A stretch of DNA of 63,753 nucleotides, counting the filler, from Octopus bimaculoides (taxonomy: Eukaryota): assembly GCF_001194135.2 (NCBI RefSeq). It is 7 parts of 5 records of this genome, joined end to end, with 100 filler letters (N's around TTAATTAATTAA, not from the genome) between each part and the next. Parts side by side here need not be neighbours in the genome. Positions count along the whole stretch, not along the records: positions 38,238 to 57,065 come from NC_068984.1; positions 57,166 to 61,621 come from NW_026362612.1; positions 61,722 to 63,753 come from NW_026393017.1; 4 more parts are not named here. One strand, written 5' to 3'. Shown here piece after piece: positions 52,325 to 63,753 of this stretch (position 1 is its first letter; each line of letters begins with the position of its first letter). Under the pieces are notes generated by a model that was not told the origin of the DNA, made no database searches, and saw only the letters and a program-made list of their open reading frames with translations. The position numbers and the translations under genes are program-made.

Positions 52325-52850
52325 TTTGTACTCTAGTCGACCAACAACCATCGACATGATCTGATGTAACAATTTTCCACGTTCCTATATTTTATTCCAC
52401 TTGTTTGCTAATCCTTGTTTTCGTGGTGGTAAAAGTCCTTCTGCGCCTTCGTATTTTCCATGTAAATTTTTTTCTAAATTTTCGCCTCAAATGTCTTGTT
52501 ACTTCAGCATTCGATCTTACCTTGTCATTTCTCTAATCTTTCTCAAGAATGGCTTGATTGAAAAAGACGATTTTGCTTATATTATTGCATCTTTCTCTCT
52601 TCTGCTTCTGTTTCCAACAACTTATATCTTTCCTCCGTACTTTAACTCTTGAAATGTTGTTCTAATTTCTTTTCCTTTCTTTCTGACGTGTTACATATCT
52701 TCTAATCTTCCTTTCTCTTCATTTTTATTTATTTCTTCTGCTTCTATGTCTTTCACAACATAGTTGATCTTCATTAATTTCAAGCGCTTTCTACCATATC
52801 ATTTGCAGTTCATCCTTTTGTCCTTTCCATTTCTCAAGCACATAAACACC
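52325..52850 (-). mobile_element. Inverted pre-RT segment of the same R4/Dong-like element
   Basis: Minus strand motifs IRTTFQELK, Q*YKQNRLFQ, NAEVT..GAEGL and GTWKIVTSDHVDGCW resemble EELKQ, QYRQNRLF, PDAEE..AEWL and NWKSPGPDLVQGFW, which precede the RT in this clade (recalled consensus). Confidence 0.6.
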
Positions 52851-52859
52851 AACTAATAT

Positions 52860-53805
52860 CAATGTGACGGCATGTCCAATATCTTAAGACAATCTTACAA
52901 ATCATGTTGTTCTGATATGATTCTTTTCATCAGAGAAACAAGAGACAAATTAATGTTCCATAAGATGGTCTTGAGGATTTTTTTTAAATGATAGACAAAT
53001 ATGTGCGTGGCATGGATCGATTATGGAGGGCCATATGACGTAGTCCTATTCTCGTAATCTAATGTTATATAAAATATTTCAAAATTTCAGAAATGGTTAA
53101 GCACCTGTTTGAAAATGTAATGTTACATTGGAGAGTAATCCTCAGGATAGGAAACATTAGCAGGTGTACAGAGTGGTAGATAATACTTTCAAGAGGTCAG
53201 TGTCTCTTCTTTCTTGTAATAACATTGATCTATTTATCGATTATTCTAAAGGAGAACGTTCACTGTGAGACACTAGGGAAAAAGTGAATTTTCTTCCCAT
53301 ATAGATTTAAAGCTTTATTGCAAAGACAAGAATCAACTGGGTCCCTTCATAGAAACCATCAAAACACTTAGAAGTTACATTAAGATGACATTCGATATTG
53401 ATGAACAAGGGAAAGATCATGAAATATTCAATAGATTTATCTAATGGCGAGTATATCAAATCTTTGAATATAAGAGGAACATATACGATCATGGAACACA
53501 GAAAATTGATGAAATTAATGCAATATATATTGAGAAGACCCTTGGTAAATAATACTTTCGTAGGATTAAGAAGAATTTAACATCAAATTCAGTTCAAGAA
53601 ATATGATACAAGCCATATATATTTGAAGATTATATTACAAATAAAACATGGCGTAGAAATCACTGAAAGGAGAAACGTGGAAGATAATGAGAGAAAGGCG
53701 GGGAAAGAGCTCTCAAAGCATGAGTTTGCGTCCCTTCTTCACCATCATTTGTGGATCGTTTATATTAGAAAACTAGAGTGGGAGAAGTAATCAAGTAGAC
53801 TAAGA
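52860..53805 (+). mobile_element. Decayed R4/Dong-like (RLE-type) non-LTR retrotransposon, RT and thumb region
   Basis: Frameshifted motifs in the expected order: ETRDKLMFHKMVLR, NMCVAWIDYGGPYDVV, ITLIYLSIIL, IDLKLYCKDKNQLGPFIETIK, KGKIMKYSIDLSNGEYIKSL, SRNMIQAI, VDRLY. Confidence 0.8.
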
Positions 53806-53813
53806 TTTGTCTC

Positions 53814-53984
53814 TTAGAGACGGTAGTAAGTGAACGGATTTTTATAGAGTTAGTGGGTGGGGTCACATCACAAAAAATATAATAAACCGAAATTATGGTC
53901 TTTTAGAGACGGTGGTAAGTGAACGGTCTTTTATAGAGTTAATCGGAGGGTCACATCACAAAAAGAATAATAATAAACCGAAAT
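53814..53984 (+). repeat. Imperfect tandem duplication, period 89 bp
   Basis: TTAGAGACGGT.GTAAGTGAACGG..GGGTCACATCACAAAAA..TAATAAACCGAAAT at 53814 and 53903. Confidence 0.9.
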
Positions 53985-54431
53985 CGTGAAATAAAGTCAA
54001 ACTTTGAAGAAAAGAAACTCCATTCAGTTGGTTTTGCTTTATTCTTTGCTTTCTGTCGTTTTGAGTTGTTTTGTTTCGTTTTCAAAAATACAAATCAGAT
54101 AAAGGATGACTATGACAACTGACTTTGTTTAAAGAATGAAGCGCTGAGGAAAGAGAACGAAGGAATAACTTTAGTAACACATGAACAGATTATGAGAATA
54201 AATTAAATGAAAAGATGGACTGGACTGTTAACGTCATAATATTGCTCCGATAAGTCACTAGAATTTTCGCAAGACGTTTCGATACTAGACAATGCTTTTC
54301 CTAAAGCTTCAGCTCCACGTAATGTTAAATAGTTGGCGAAAATGCGACTTCGAAATATTGGTATTCTATTTTAAAAGTTCTTTATGTAACGTTTAATATA
54401 TGATTTATATATATATATATATATATCGTTG

Positions 54432-54815
54432 TTACCTCCACAAAGGAAGGAGGTTATGTTTTTATCGGCGTTGGTTTGTCCGTCTGTCCGTATTTGTGCA
54501 AAATAACTCAAAAGATTGTGAACGGTATTCGATGAAACTTTTAGAAAAAGTTGGTAATGACACAAGGAACAGGTGATGAAATTTTGGTAGTGATCCGGGA
54601 AAGATTTTTCAGTTGTTACACCTACTTTACGTGAAGTATTACAATGTTGCGTTCTTTGATTATCTCCCTTGAAAACACGTTCATTGTTTCCACGTAACCT
54701 ATGGTGGCATTGCTCTTTCCAAAGTTTATTTTCGTTTCTCCATTAATAATTTTACTCGCGTATCTATCTTATGAGCTGCTTGGCGGAGGACTGCGCTCTC
54801 CGAGGGTTTTTCTAG
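54432..54815 (+). mobile_element. Non-autonomous Helentron/HINE (DINE-1-like) element
   Basis: 5' TTACCTCCACAAAGG..GGAGGTTATGTTTT, a (GTCC/GTCT) microrepeat, an asymmetric 3' inverted repeat CTTGGCGGAGG, a small 3' hairpin GCGCTC-TCC-GAGGGT and an end TTTTTCTAG within a T-run. Confidence 0.75.
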
Positions 54816-56197
54816 TTTTTGTTTAAATTCTAGCGATAGAGCTTTCCTACTTTCTTGGACGCCAGGTGTTATCTTGTATGAAGCATTTAACTAATCAAAA
54901 CACCAAGAGATATACAACGAAGATACATACACAGAGATATGCATGCAAACATAGATGCACACACATACATTCGTGGGTATATTTATGAACTTAAATAATA
55001 AACATGATTCGAAAAATACATGCATAGAAACACGTGCTTACATACATTCTTACTTGCTGGCATGCATACGTACATATATTCATACATTCATACATACGTC
55101 CATCTATTGTCTGGGAAATGATCTTAGTCGCTGTACAGGTAATGCAATTTGATGGACATATTACAGCCGTATTGACGGAAAGAATACATGTTCTCCACCA
55201 GTTCAGCGTAGTTATCTACTGTATAGCTCCCAAGAAAATTTCTTACTATCGGAGTTCACTGAATCTTGGAAATTTGGGTCTTTCATAGGTTTCCTTATTT
55301 GAGACCAGTCGAAAATACCTGCCGTCAGCTTCATGCTCCACGCTGGAAATTTTCTCCGTATACAGTTTAAAGCACTCAGTCTGTGTTCGTATCCTCCTCA
55401 TACTGTTTCATTAAACCTAGTTTGATGTATAATGGAGGTAAAGTTATCTCATTCCTGCTAACCAAGAGTATCGCGATTAAACTCCTGTCTGCAACGACCA
55501 CTTTTTAACTCAGAGGCCATTCTTTGCTCATCCAGTGCTCATCCTTAGAGCTACTATCTCAAGGACAGTTAAAGCAGGGATAATAGGTGTAACCACTCTA
55601 CTGACCTATGAGAAAAGATCATATTGTTAAGAACCACAGAGATTAGCCATTGGTGATCGTGGTATGACATATTCTATAAAACTAGTACGATCTTTTTTCT
55701 GCTATTCAGCCATCTTAGTTGAATGACCAGTTAGGATTAATCCATAATTATTGCTACTGCATGGAGGTGTATATTTTAGGCTCCACTTCAAACTATGCAT
55801 GAATAATTGCCATTCATTTGGTACGTATCATGATAGACCTATTTTCATGAGCAAGCCTTGAAGATCTTACAAAAAAAACAAACCATTTTCCTCCGAGAAG
55901 TACAGTAAACAAATTACGTGGTTTTGGTTTGGTATCTTTGTTAATAAGTACATTTCTAGAACTACTAGAAGCAAATAAAGGCCATAGATTTTTTCGGAAG
56001 CATGAATATACCTAGAATATACCATGAATATACCTAGAATCGGGTCTAAAATCTAAGGCACCGAAAAGCTATTAAACTACTTCCCGACTTCATATGTACA
56101 TACACTCACTCGCGCGTGCACGTGCGCACACAGACGCGCGCATATACACACGCGCACGCACAGACGCACGCGTGCGCACACACACACATACATACAT

Positions 56198-56250
<53 letters not shown>

Positions 56251-56312
56251 CGAGTGTGTGTGTATACATATATACGTAATATATATACACTTTTCTAAGT
56301 GCGTGTCGATAC

Positions 56313-56376
<64 letters not shown>

Positions 56377-56547
56377 GGACACGTGTGCAGACAAACATAA
56401 CAACATTCCTATGAAACTAACTCGTTTCCGAGCGGGTGATTGATCTTCCTCTATTGATTAAAAATACATGTAATAAAACCGGAATAACACACACACATAC
56501 ACACACACACACAATCTGATATGCATGCGCCTGCGTGTATGTGTATT

Positions 56548-56605
<58 letters not shown>

Positions 56606-56974
56606 TAGATAGATAGACTCAGACCCCTATATGGAACAGCTAACAAACAATTTTAAGGCTCCCCCTTCTAGTGAGTCAAGGGCAAATCAATAAGACGGAA
56701 CATGTTCCGCTTTTTTTCCCCTTTCTTTTACCCTATTAGATTCGTGAGCCACGAGTTGTAATTTTAGTTGAACGATGCAAATAAGACTTTAAACCGGGCT
56801 TTTTAGGACTAGCTTCACCAAATTTATAACAACGCTTAAAGGCGTAAAATGTATGTACATGTATGTAAACATCTATGTGTGTGCGTATATATGGTGAAAC
56901 GTAGATCACTAAACGAAGCCAATGAAGAGAGTGTGTACGCATACATACACACACACACACACACGCACACACTC

Positions 56975-57009
<35 letters not shown>

Positions 57010-57030
57010 CGCACATACATATACATAGAC

Positions 57031-57063
<33 letters not shown>

Positions 57064-57165
57064 TANNNNNNNNNNNNNNNNNNNNNNNNNNNNNNNNNNN
57101 NNNNNNNNNTTAATTAATTAANNNNNNNNNNNNNNNNNNNNNNNNNNNNNNNNNNNNNNNNNNNN

Positions 57166-57413
57166 GGAACCTTGGACGGACAAAAGTCTTGTGAGTGGAT
57201 TTGGTAGACGGAAACTGAAAGAAGCCCATCATATGTGTGTATGTGTGTGTGTCCACCACCGCTTGACAACCGGTCTTGGCGTACTAACGTCCCCATAATC
57301 TAGCAGTTCGGCAAAAGAGACTGATGGAATAAGTACTAGGGTCGATTCATTCAACCAAAAGTTCTTCGAGGAAGTGCTTTCAACATGACAGAAGTCTAAT
57401 GAGTGAAACAAGA
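57166..57413 (+). mobile_element. SINE family B copy
   Basis: GTGAGTGGATTTGGTAGACGGAAACTGAAAGAAGCCC etc., the reverse complement of the family B body. Confidence 0.8.
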
Positions 57414-57453
<40 letters not shown>

Positions 57454-58380
57454 CGTGTGTGTACAGATNNNNNNNNNNACACACAATATACAAACAGCAC
57501 CATGCCATCTCTCCAATCGTTCCCGTTCGTTTGCCCAGTCTAAATATATGAATGAACATGGCGAAAACAAAAGCCGGCCCGTTCAGTAGTGTGTGTTAAC
57601 AAAACAACCGAATAAAAAGTAACATAGGAAGAAGAGAAAGGAAGTTTAAACACAGAAACCAAGTCACTTGCATGCGTTTACTGATCGTTGTTCCTTGACA
57701 ACCGGGTACGGTGGTGGGATGTAGGACAATCCGGGGATGGGATAGAACCGCGTATGGTGGTTGCAGTAGTAGTAGGCGTGGTGGTGGGGGGGAGAAGAAA
57801 TTGAAAGAGGAGCTGTAGGAGTTTGGTTTATTGGTTTACATGTTGGAACTAATGAAGTGTTAGTGATGTTGGTGTCGGGACAGCAAAGTTGATCAACGAC
57901 TCGGCATGCAGTTGTTGTTGTGGTTGTTCTTGTTGCTGCTGGATTGGTCGTAGTTGCTGTCGCTGTAGTACTAGCAGAAGTTGTTGTTGTTGCCGTTGCT
58001 GCTGTTGGGGGTTTTTCTTGTTGTTGTTGCTGTTGATGTTGTTGCTGATGGTATTGCTGCTGCTGTTGTTGATGTCGTTGTTGGCGCTGCTGCTGTTGCT
58101 GCTCTAATCGCTGTTGTTGTTGTTGTTGTTATTGTTGATCTTACAGTTTTGTTGTTGCTTTCTAGCACTTTTACTGCTCCAACATTCCTATGATCCAAGT
58201 CAGTCCCTCCATGACCATCATGTTTCTTTCCAGCAATTATTTCATCTTAAACCAGACAGCACTATAATACAAGTTGTGTGTAAAATTTGAGGAAGATTTC
58301 ACTGCTATTTCTAGCAGATGGAACGACCACACAGAGCCATCTGCATTCGGTATTGGTTTCCTTTGTATTATATATTTTTG

Positions 58381-58429
58381 CGTGGAGGCGCAATGGCCCA
58401 GTGGTTAGGGCAGCGGACTCGCGGTCATA
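58381..58429 (+). mobile_element. SINE family A head, body in gap
   Basis: CGTGGAGGCGCAATGGCCCAGTGGTTAGGGCAGCGGACTCGCGGTC runs into Ns. Confidence 0.8.
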
Positions 58430-58920
58430 NNNNNNNNNNNNNNNNNNNNNNNNNNNNNNNNNNNNNNNNNNNNNNNNNNNNNNNNNNNNNNNNNNNNNNN
58501 NNNNNNNNNNNNNNNNNNNNNNNNNNNNNNNNNNNNNNNNNNNNNNNNNNNNNNNNNNNNNNNNNNNNNNNNNNNNNNNNNNNNNNNNNNNNNNNNNNNN
58601 NNNNNNNNNNNNNNNNNNNNNNNNNNNNNNNNNNNNNNNNNNNNNNNNNNNNNNNNNNNNNNNNNNNNNNNNNNNNNNNNNNNNNNNNNNNNNNNNNNNN
58701 NNNNNNNNNNNNNNNNNNNNNNNNNNNNNNNNNNNNNNNNNNNNNNNNNNNNNNNNNNNNNNNNNNNNNNNNNNNNNNNNNNNNNNNNNNNNNNNNNNNN
58801 NNNNNNNNNNNNNNNNNNNNNNNNNNNNNNNNNNNNNNNNNNNNNNNNNNNNNNNNNNNNNNNNNNNNNNNNNNNNNNNNNNNNNNNNNNNNNNNNNNNN
58901 NNNNNNNNNNNNNNNNNNNN

Positions 58921-58955
<35 letters not shown>

Positions 58956-59617
58956 TGGGTATCAAGGGTGATAATATACCATCGTAAATCTTACAGGGGT
59001 AGCCTGTATTGTCCTGCCAACGCTCCAGTAGTTACCGTAACAATCCATACTCCTGAACTCGAGTACATTGCTTCGACCGCCTACGGTTTGCCTCGTGTCG
59101 TGTAGGTCCTCCCGCCCGCTGACAAGGCGCCAGATTGTGTACACGAATTTGTCATAAGTTAGTGAAGATTTTTCAGTCAATTATTATGTCTGTTTGGTGA
59201 TTAATTTTTCCGTATTTTACCTGTTTGGTGTGGTTATTAAGGCTGTTCAAATCGCTCGTTAGAAATCAGCCGACCGTCACTTACGCGGAGATGTTCACAT
59301 TACTTATACATCATCAGCACTTGAGTTTGTGTGTTTGTATGGATGTATGCACAGGCACACAGATACATAGATAAGCAGACGTATGTATATATACAATAAG
59401 ATGTAAGCAGATATAGGTATTTATGAATACGTATAAATGTGTAGATACACGCATACGTACGTACATGCACATACACGCACACACATACTGTACATGCATA
59501 CACATACACATACATACCCACACAAATACGAACAAACACACACGCATACACACTTGCATATATGCATACAGACATGCATATATACTCTTACATACCCACA
59601 CACATATATACACACAA

Positions 59618-59727
<110 letters not shown>

Positions 59728-59995
59728 ACACATATACATATATATGATTGTGTGTAGCTATATGTCTAAATAGGTAATATACGAAATATATATAATGTAT
59801 TGTGTGTGTGCATAGACAGATAGATAAACAGACAGATAGATAGACTAGTAGATAAACATATATATGTATATATGTGTGTATACATATCTATATATATATG
59901 TATGTACTTGCGTGTGTATATGCATATATGCAAGTGTGTATGTGTCTGTGTGTTTTGTATTTGTGTGGGTATGTATAATGTATTGTGTGTGTACT

Positions 59996-60038
<43 letters not shown>

Positions 60039-60294
60039 TGTTATTGAAAGGGTGTGAGAATCTCTCACACACAGTTATTTGCTTCTCAATTTACACGCTG
60101 CTTGGATTTCTTGGTTCCGCTTTGACATGGTTTGGATTTTGGCCAAGTTTTTTGTATATTTGTATATGTTATTATTATCATTGTAGTTTTTACCCCTTTA
60201 ATGTCTATTTTCAACTATCATTTCGTATTTCCGTTTCCGGTTTTCATTTGCCTTCCATTTTATTTTTTTTCCCTTCATTTAATTTCCACACTTG

Positions 60295-60651
60295 TTGTTG
60301 GCACTCCGTCGCTTACGACGTCGAGGGTTCCAGTTGATCCGATCAACGGAACAGCCTGCTCGTGAAATTAACGTGCAAGTGACAGAGCACTCCACAGACA
60401 CGTGTACCCTTAACGAAGTTCTCGGGGAGATATTCAGCGTGACAAGGCTGACCCTTTGAATTACAGGCACAACAGAAACAGGAAGTAAGAGTGAGAGAAA
60501 GTTGTGGTGAAAGAGGACAGCAGGGTTCGCCATCACCCTCTGCCGGAGCAACATGAAATAAAGTGTCTTGCTTAAGGATACAACACACAGCCCTGTCCGG
60601 GAATCGAACTCATTACCACATGATTGTGAGCCCGACGCTCTAACCACTGAG
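60295..60651 (-). mobile_element. Composite SINE (head of the 37577 type, body and tail of family A)
   Basis: Reverse complement has head CTCAGTGGTTAGAGCGTCGGG..GAGTTCGATTCCC..GCAAGACACTTTATTTCA joined to CTCCGGCAG..GGCGAACCCTGCTG and the A tail. Confidence 0.85.
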
Positions 60652-60744
60652 TTAATAATGTTTAACTAGAAAAAGTGAAAGGCACCATGATGCAATGAAA
60701 CTTTTCTTCTCAACCATGGTTCATCTCTAATCCCTCTCTTTTTT

Positions 60745-60747
<3 letters not shown>

Positions 60748-60805
<58 letters not shown>
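60748..60805 (+). repeat. (CT)n microsatellite forming the polypyrimidine tract of the Irx exon acceptor
   Basis: A pure TC repeat ending 2 nt before the acceptor AG. Confidence 0.9.
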
Positions 60806-60807
<2 letters not shown>

Positions 60808-60809
60808 AG

Positions 60810-61112
60810 TTACTACTGTCCGGCAGCAACTTAGGCCAAGCAACAGCAGCTGCGGCAGCCGCGGCAGCAGCGGCAGCGGCAGCCGCCGTGACCTCATCAT
60901 CGACCTCGTCGCCAACGTGTTGCGAGAACGGACGACCGATTGTGACGGACCCTTGTACCGGCCAGTCAACCTGCACCTGCCAACTACACCCTGCTCTTCT
61001 GGCCACATACCCGCGCATGCCTGCATCTTTGAGGGAGCATATCTATACGACGACCGGGCTGTCACCTTCTGCTTTACTAGGGACTGAACCCTCGGCGTTT
61101 TACGCACCACTG
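60810..61112 (+). CDS. Irx: Internal coding exon (phase 0/0) of an Iroquois-class TALE homeobox gene, N-terminal region
   Basis: Follows a (CT)n polypyrimidine tract and TTTAG acceptor (AG 60808-60809) and ends at CTG|GTAAGT (GT 61113-61114). The 303 bp encode 101 codons: LLLSGSNLGQAT-A14-VTSSSTSSPTCCENGRPIVTDPCTGQSTCTCQLHPALLATYPRMPASLREHIYTTTGLSPSALLGTEPSAFYAPL. CCENGRP..TDP..GQ..C.CQ and SAFYAPL match the second exon of araucan/caupolican and IRX4/6-type proteins as I recall them. The paralog cannot be assigned. Confidence 0.93.
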
Positions 61113-61129
61113 GTAAGTATTTTCATTAT

Positions 61130-61311
61130 TATCTGCCGCCCTACTGCATGTAGTACTCTAAGGCAAAGAGCTGAAGTTGCTGAAATACCATATCTTCCAG
61201 AACGCCGACTAAGTGACGCCTAACATCCTATCTGTCCTACCACTTGTAGCATCCAATGTAAAGAGCTAAGGTAGCTGGGAAATCGTTTCTTCCAGAATGC
61301 CGACTGATGCC
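61130..61311 (+). repeat. Diverged tandem duplication, period ~99 bp, just inside the intron after the Irx exon
   Basis: TATCTG..TGTAG..AAAGAGCT.AG.T.GCTG..TCTTCCAGAA.GCCGACT..TGA.GCC at 61130 and 61229. Confidence 0.75.
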
Positions 61312-63323
61312 AAAGGAGTTTTAAAGGAGTTTTGAATAGACATGTATATATGATTTCACAGAGCCATATTACAAGAACTTACACAATAATATCAAAATGA
61401 TGACTAAGAGAAAATCTTTGTACGTCTAACATATTTTTTAGTTTCTAGTTTTCATTCCAGTTACTGAAGAGGACAAAATTTGACAATCATGTTTATTTTC
61501 TTCCTTTTTTTTTGGTGAATATCTAAGTTTTTTCTACGAAACAAATTTGTATAGCAACATGAAAAAATAAAAATTATTTTCTATTCCAAAATCTAATCTC
61601 CATTATATAAATATGAATAAANNNNNNNNNNNNNNNNNNNNNNNNNNNNNNNNNNNNNNNNNNNNTTAATTAATTAANNNNNNNNNNNNNNNNNNNNNNN
61701 NNNNNNNNNNNNNNNNNNNNNTATAGATAGACAGATAGATAGAAACAGATATAGCTATATCACAAGTGATGTGTATATGTATATGTATATGTATATACAT
61801 GAGTGATGTGTATATGTATAAATATACACATGTGTATGTATTTATTTACATACATATATTATTATATTAAAGTTGCCAATATATTCAAGAGCTAGACATA
61901 TATTTACAAAAATAACAACAGCAACTATAAGTCATTAAAAAATAATCAGCAAAAAAATGAAGACTGAAATTGATAAGCAAAAATAACAAAGAAAACTAAG
62001 AAAAATGCAACAAAAAAAAATCTAGTTAATGATATAATAAAATCAAAATAAGATCTATAAGCATAAATAACAGTGATGATAATGATGATGATGAAGATGA
62101 GGAGGATAATAATGATATTAATAATAATAATGGTAATAATGATAATAATAATAACAACAATAATGATAATGCTGCTGATGGTGATAACGATGATAAAGAT
62201 GACGATGATGATGATGATGATCATCATCATCATGATATTTATGATGAAGTTTGTGGTGGTGATGATGATGATGAGGAAGAGGAGGAAAATAATAATAAAG
62301 ATATATCAACAATAATAGAAATAATAATGCTGATATAATGATAATAGTTACCAATAACAACAATAGTGGTACTATATGAAACAACAACTATAACAATAAT
62401 AATAATAATAATGATGATGATGATGTTGATGATGATAAAATTAAAAATATAATGATGATAATAATATTCAAAAAACATAAACATAATAANNNNNNNNNNN
62501 NNNNNNNNNNNNNNNNNNNNNNNNNNNNNNNNNNNNNNNNNNNNNNNNNNNNNNNNNNNNNNNNNNNNNNNNNNNNNNNNNNNNNNNNNNNNNNNNNNNN
62601 NNNNNNNNNNNNNNNNNNNNNNNNNNNNNNNNNNNNNNNNNNNNNNNNNNNNNNNNNNNNNNNNNNNNNNNNNNNNNNNNNNNNNNNNNNNNNNNNNNNN
62701 NNNNNNNNNNNNNNNNNNNNNNNNNNNNNNNNNNNNNNNNNNNNNNNNNNNNNNNNNNNNNNNNNNNNNNNNNNNNNNNNNNNNNNNNNNNNNNNNNNNN
62801 NNNNNNNNNNNNNNNNNNNNNNNNNNNNNNNNNNNNNNNNNNNNNNNNNNNNNNNNNNNNNNNNNNNNNNNNNNNNNNNNNNNNNNNNNNNNNNNNNNNN
62901 NNNNNNNNNNNNNNNNNNNNNNNNNNNNNNNNNNNNNNNNNNNNNNNNNNNNNNNNNNNNNNNNNNNNNNNNNNNNNNNNNNNNNNNNNNNNNNNNNNNN
63001 NNNNNNNNNNNNNNNNNNNNNNNNNNNNNNNNNNNNNNNNNNNNNNNNNNNNNNNNNNNNNNNNNNNNNNNNNNNNNNNNNNNNNNNNNNNNNNNNNNNN
63101 NNNNNNNNNNNNNNNNNNNNNNNNNNNNNNNNNNNNNNNNNNNNNNNNNNNNNNNNNNNNNNNNNNNNNNNNNNNNNNNNNNNNNNNNNNNNNNNNNNNN
63201 NNNNNNNNNNNNNNNNNNNNNNNNNNNNNNNNNNNNNNNNNNNNNNNNNNNNNNNNNNNNNNNNNNNNNNNNNNNNNNNNNNNNNNNNNNNNNNNNNNNN
63301 NNNNNNNNNNNNNNNNNNNNNNN

Positions 63324-63356
<33 letters not shown>

Positions 63357-63753
63357 TGTTGCACTGTTTACATACATACACATATATACATGCACGCATA
63401 TATCTATCTATATATACATATATAATATATATATGTATATATATTACATATATATATATATTACACACATATATATATATATATANNNNNNNNNNATATA
63501 TATTACATATATATATATATTACACACATATATATATATATATATGTATACATATATATATCTTGTATGTATACAATATATATTCAATATATCTATCTAT
63601 ATACATAATTAATATATATTTAATGCATCATATTCATATGCATACATTCATATACACACACATACATTCATACACACACACGCATATATGTGTATGTATA
63701 ACATAATCAAGTGCACATACATGTATGTGCGTGTGTATATATATATATATATA

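Noticed and set aside
54268-54316. Minus-strand CTGAAGC..GAAAC GTC hammerhead-like string
   Set aside because: It has A9C and no convincing stem I or II; at most an unrecognisable relic.
57889-58198. Thr/Ala-rich, Cys-rich and Val-rich ORFs
   Set aside because: This is a degenerate (GTT/GCT)n repeat that is open in several frames, with no splice or domain support.

Overview
AT-rich animal genomic DNA from a gappy draft assembly. The extreme (TA)n/(CA)n/(GATA)n/(ATT)n microsatellite load and the tRNA-derived SINE families suggest an octopus genome (inference). The only host coding sequence I can support is one 303-bp internal exon (60810-61112, +) of an Iroquois (Irx) TALE-homeobox gene. It encodes the N-terminal CCENGRP..TDP..GQ..C.CQ motif and ends in the conserved SAFYAPL motif, with canonical AG/GT sites. 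Neither its first exon nor its homeobox exon is visible. The other ~60 kb is non-coding upstream or intronic sequence containing many SINEs, decayed LINEs (Jockey/CR1-like, R4/Dong-like with an inverted 5' segment, RTE-like, Penelope-like), a mariner relic, a Helentron-type non-autonomous element and several MITE-like hairpins. The main unexplained signal is about eight sequence-unrelated, minimal type-I hammerhead-ribozyme-like motifs with palindromic stem III. Two have a fully intact catalytic core (12910-12995 minus, 14760-14841 plus), and two DNA hairpins are built from outward-facing ribozyme-bearing arms. Six 100-bp N-TTAATTAATTAA-N spacers are assembly linkers, so order and orientation across them are uncertain. 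All motif assignments were made by eye; no database search was run.
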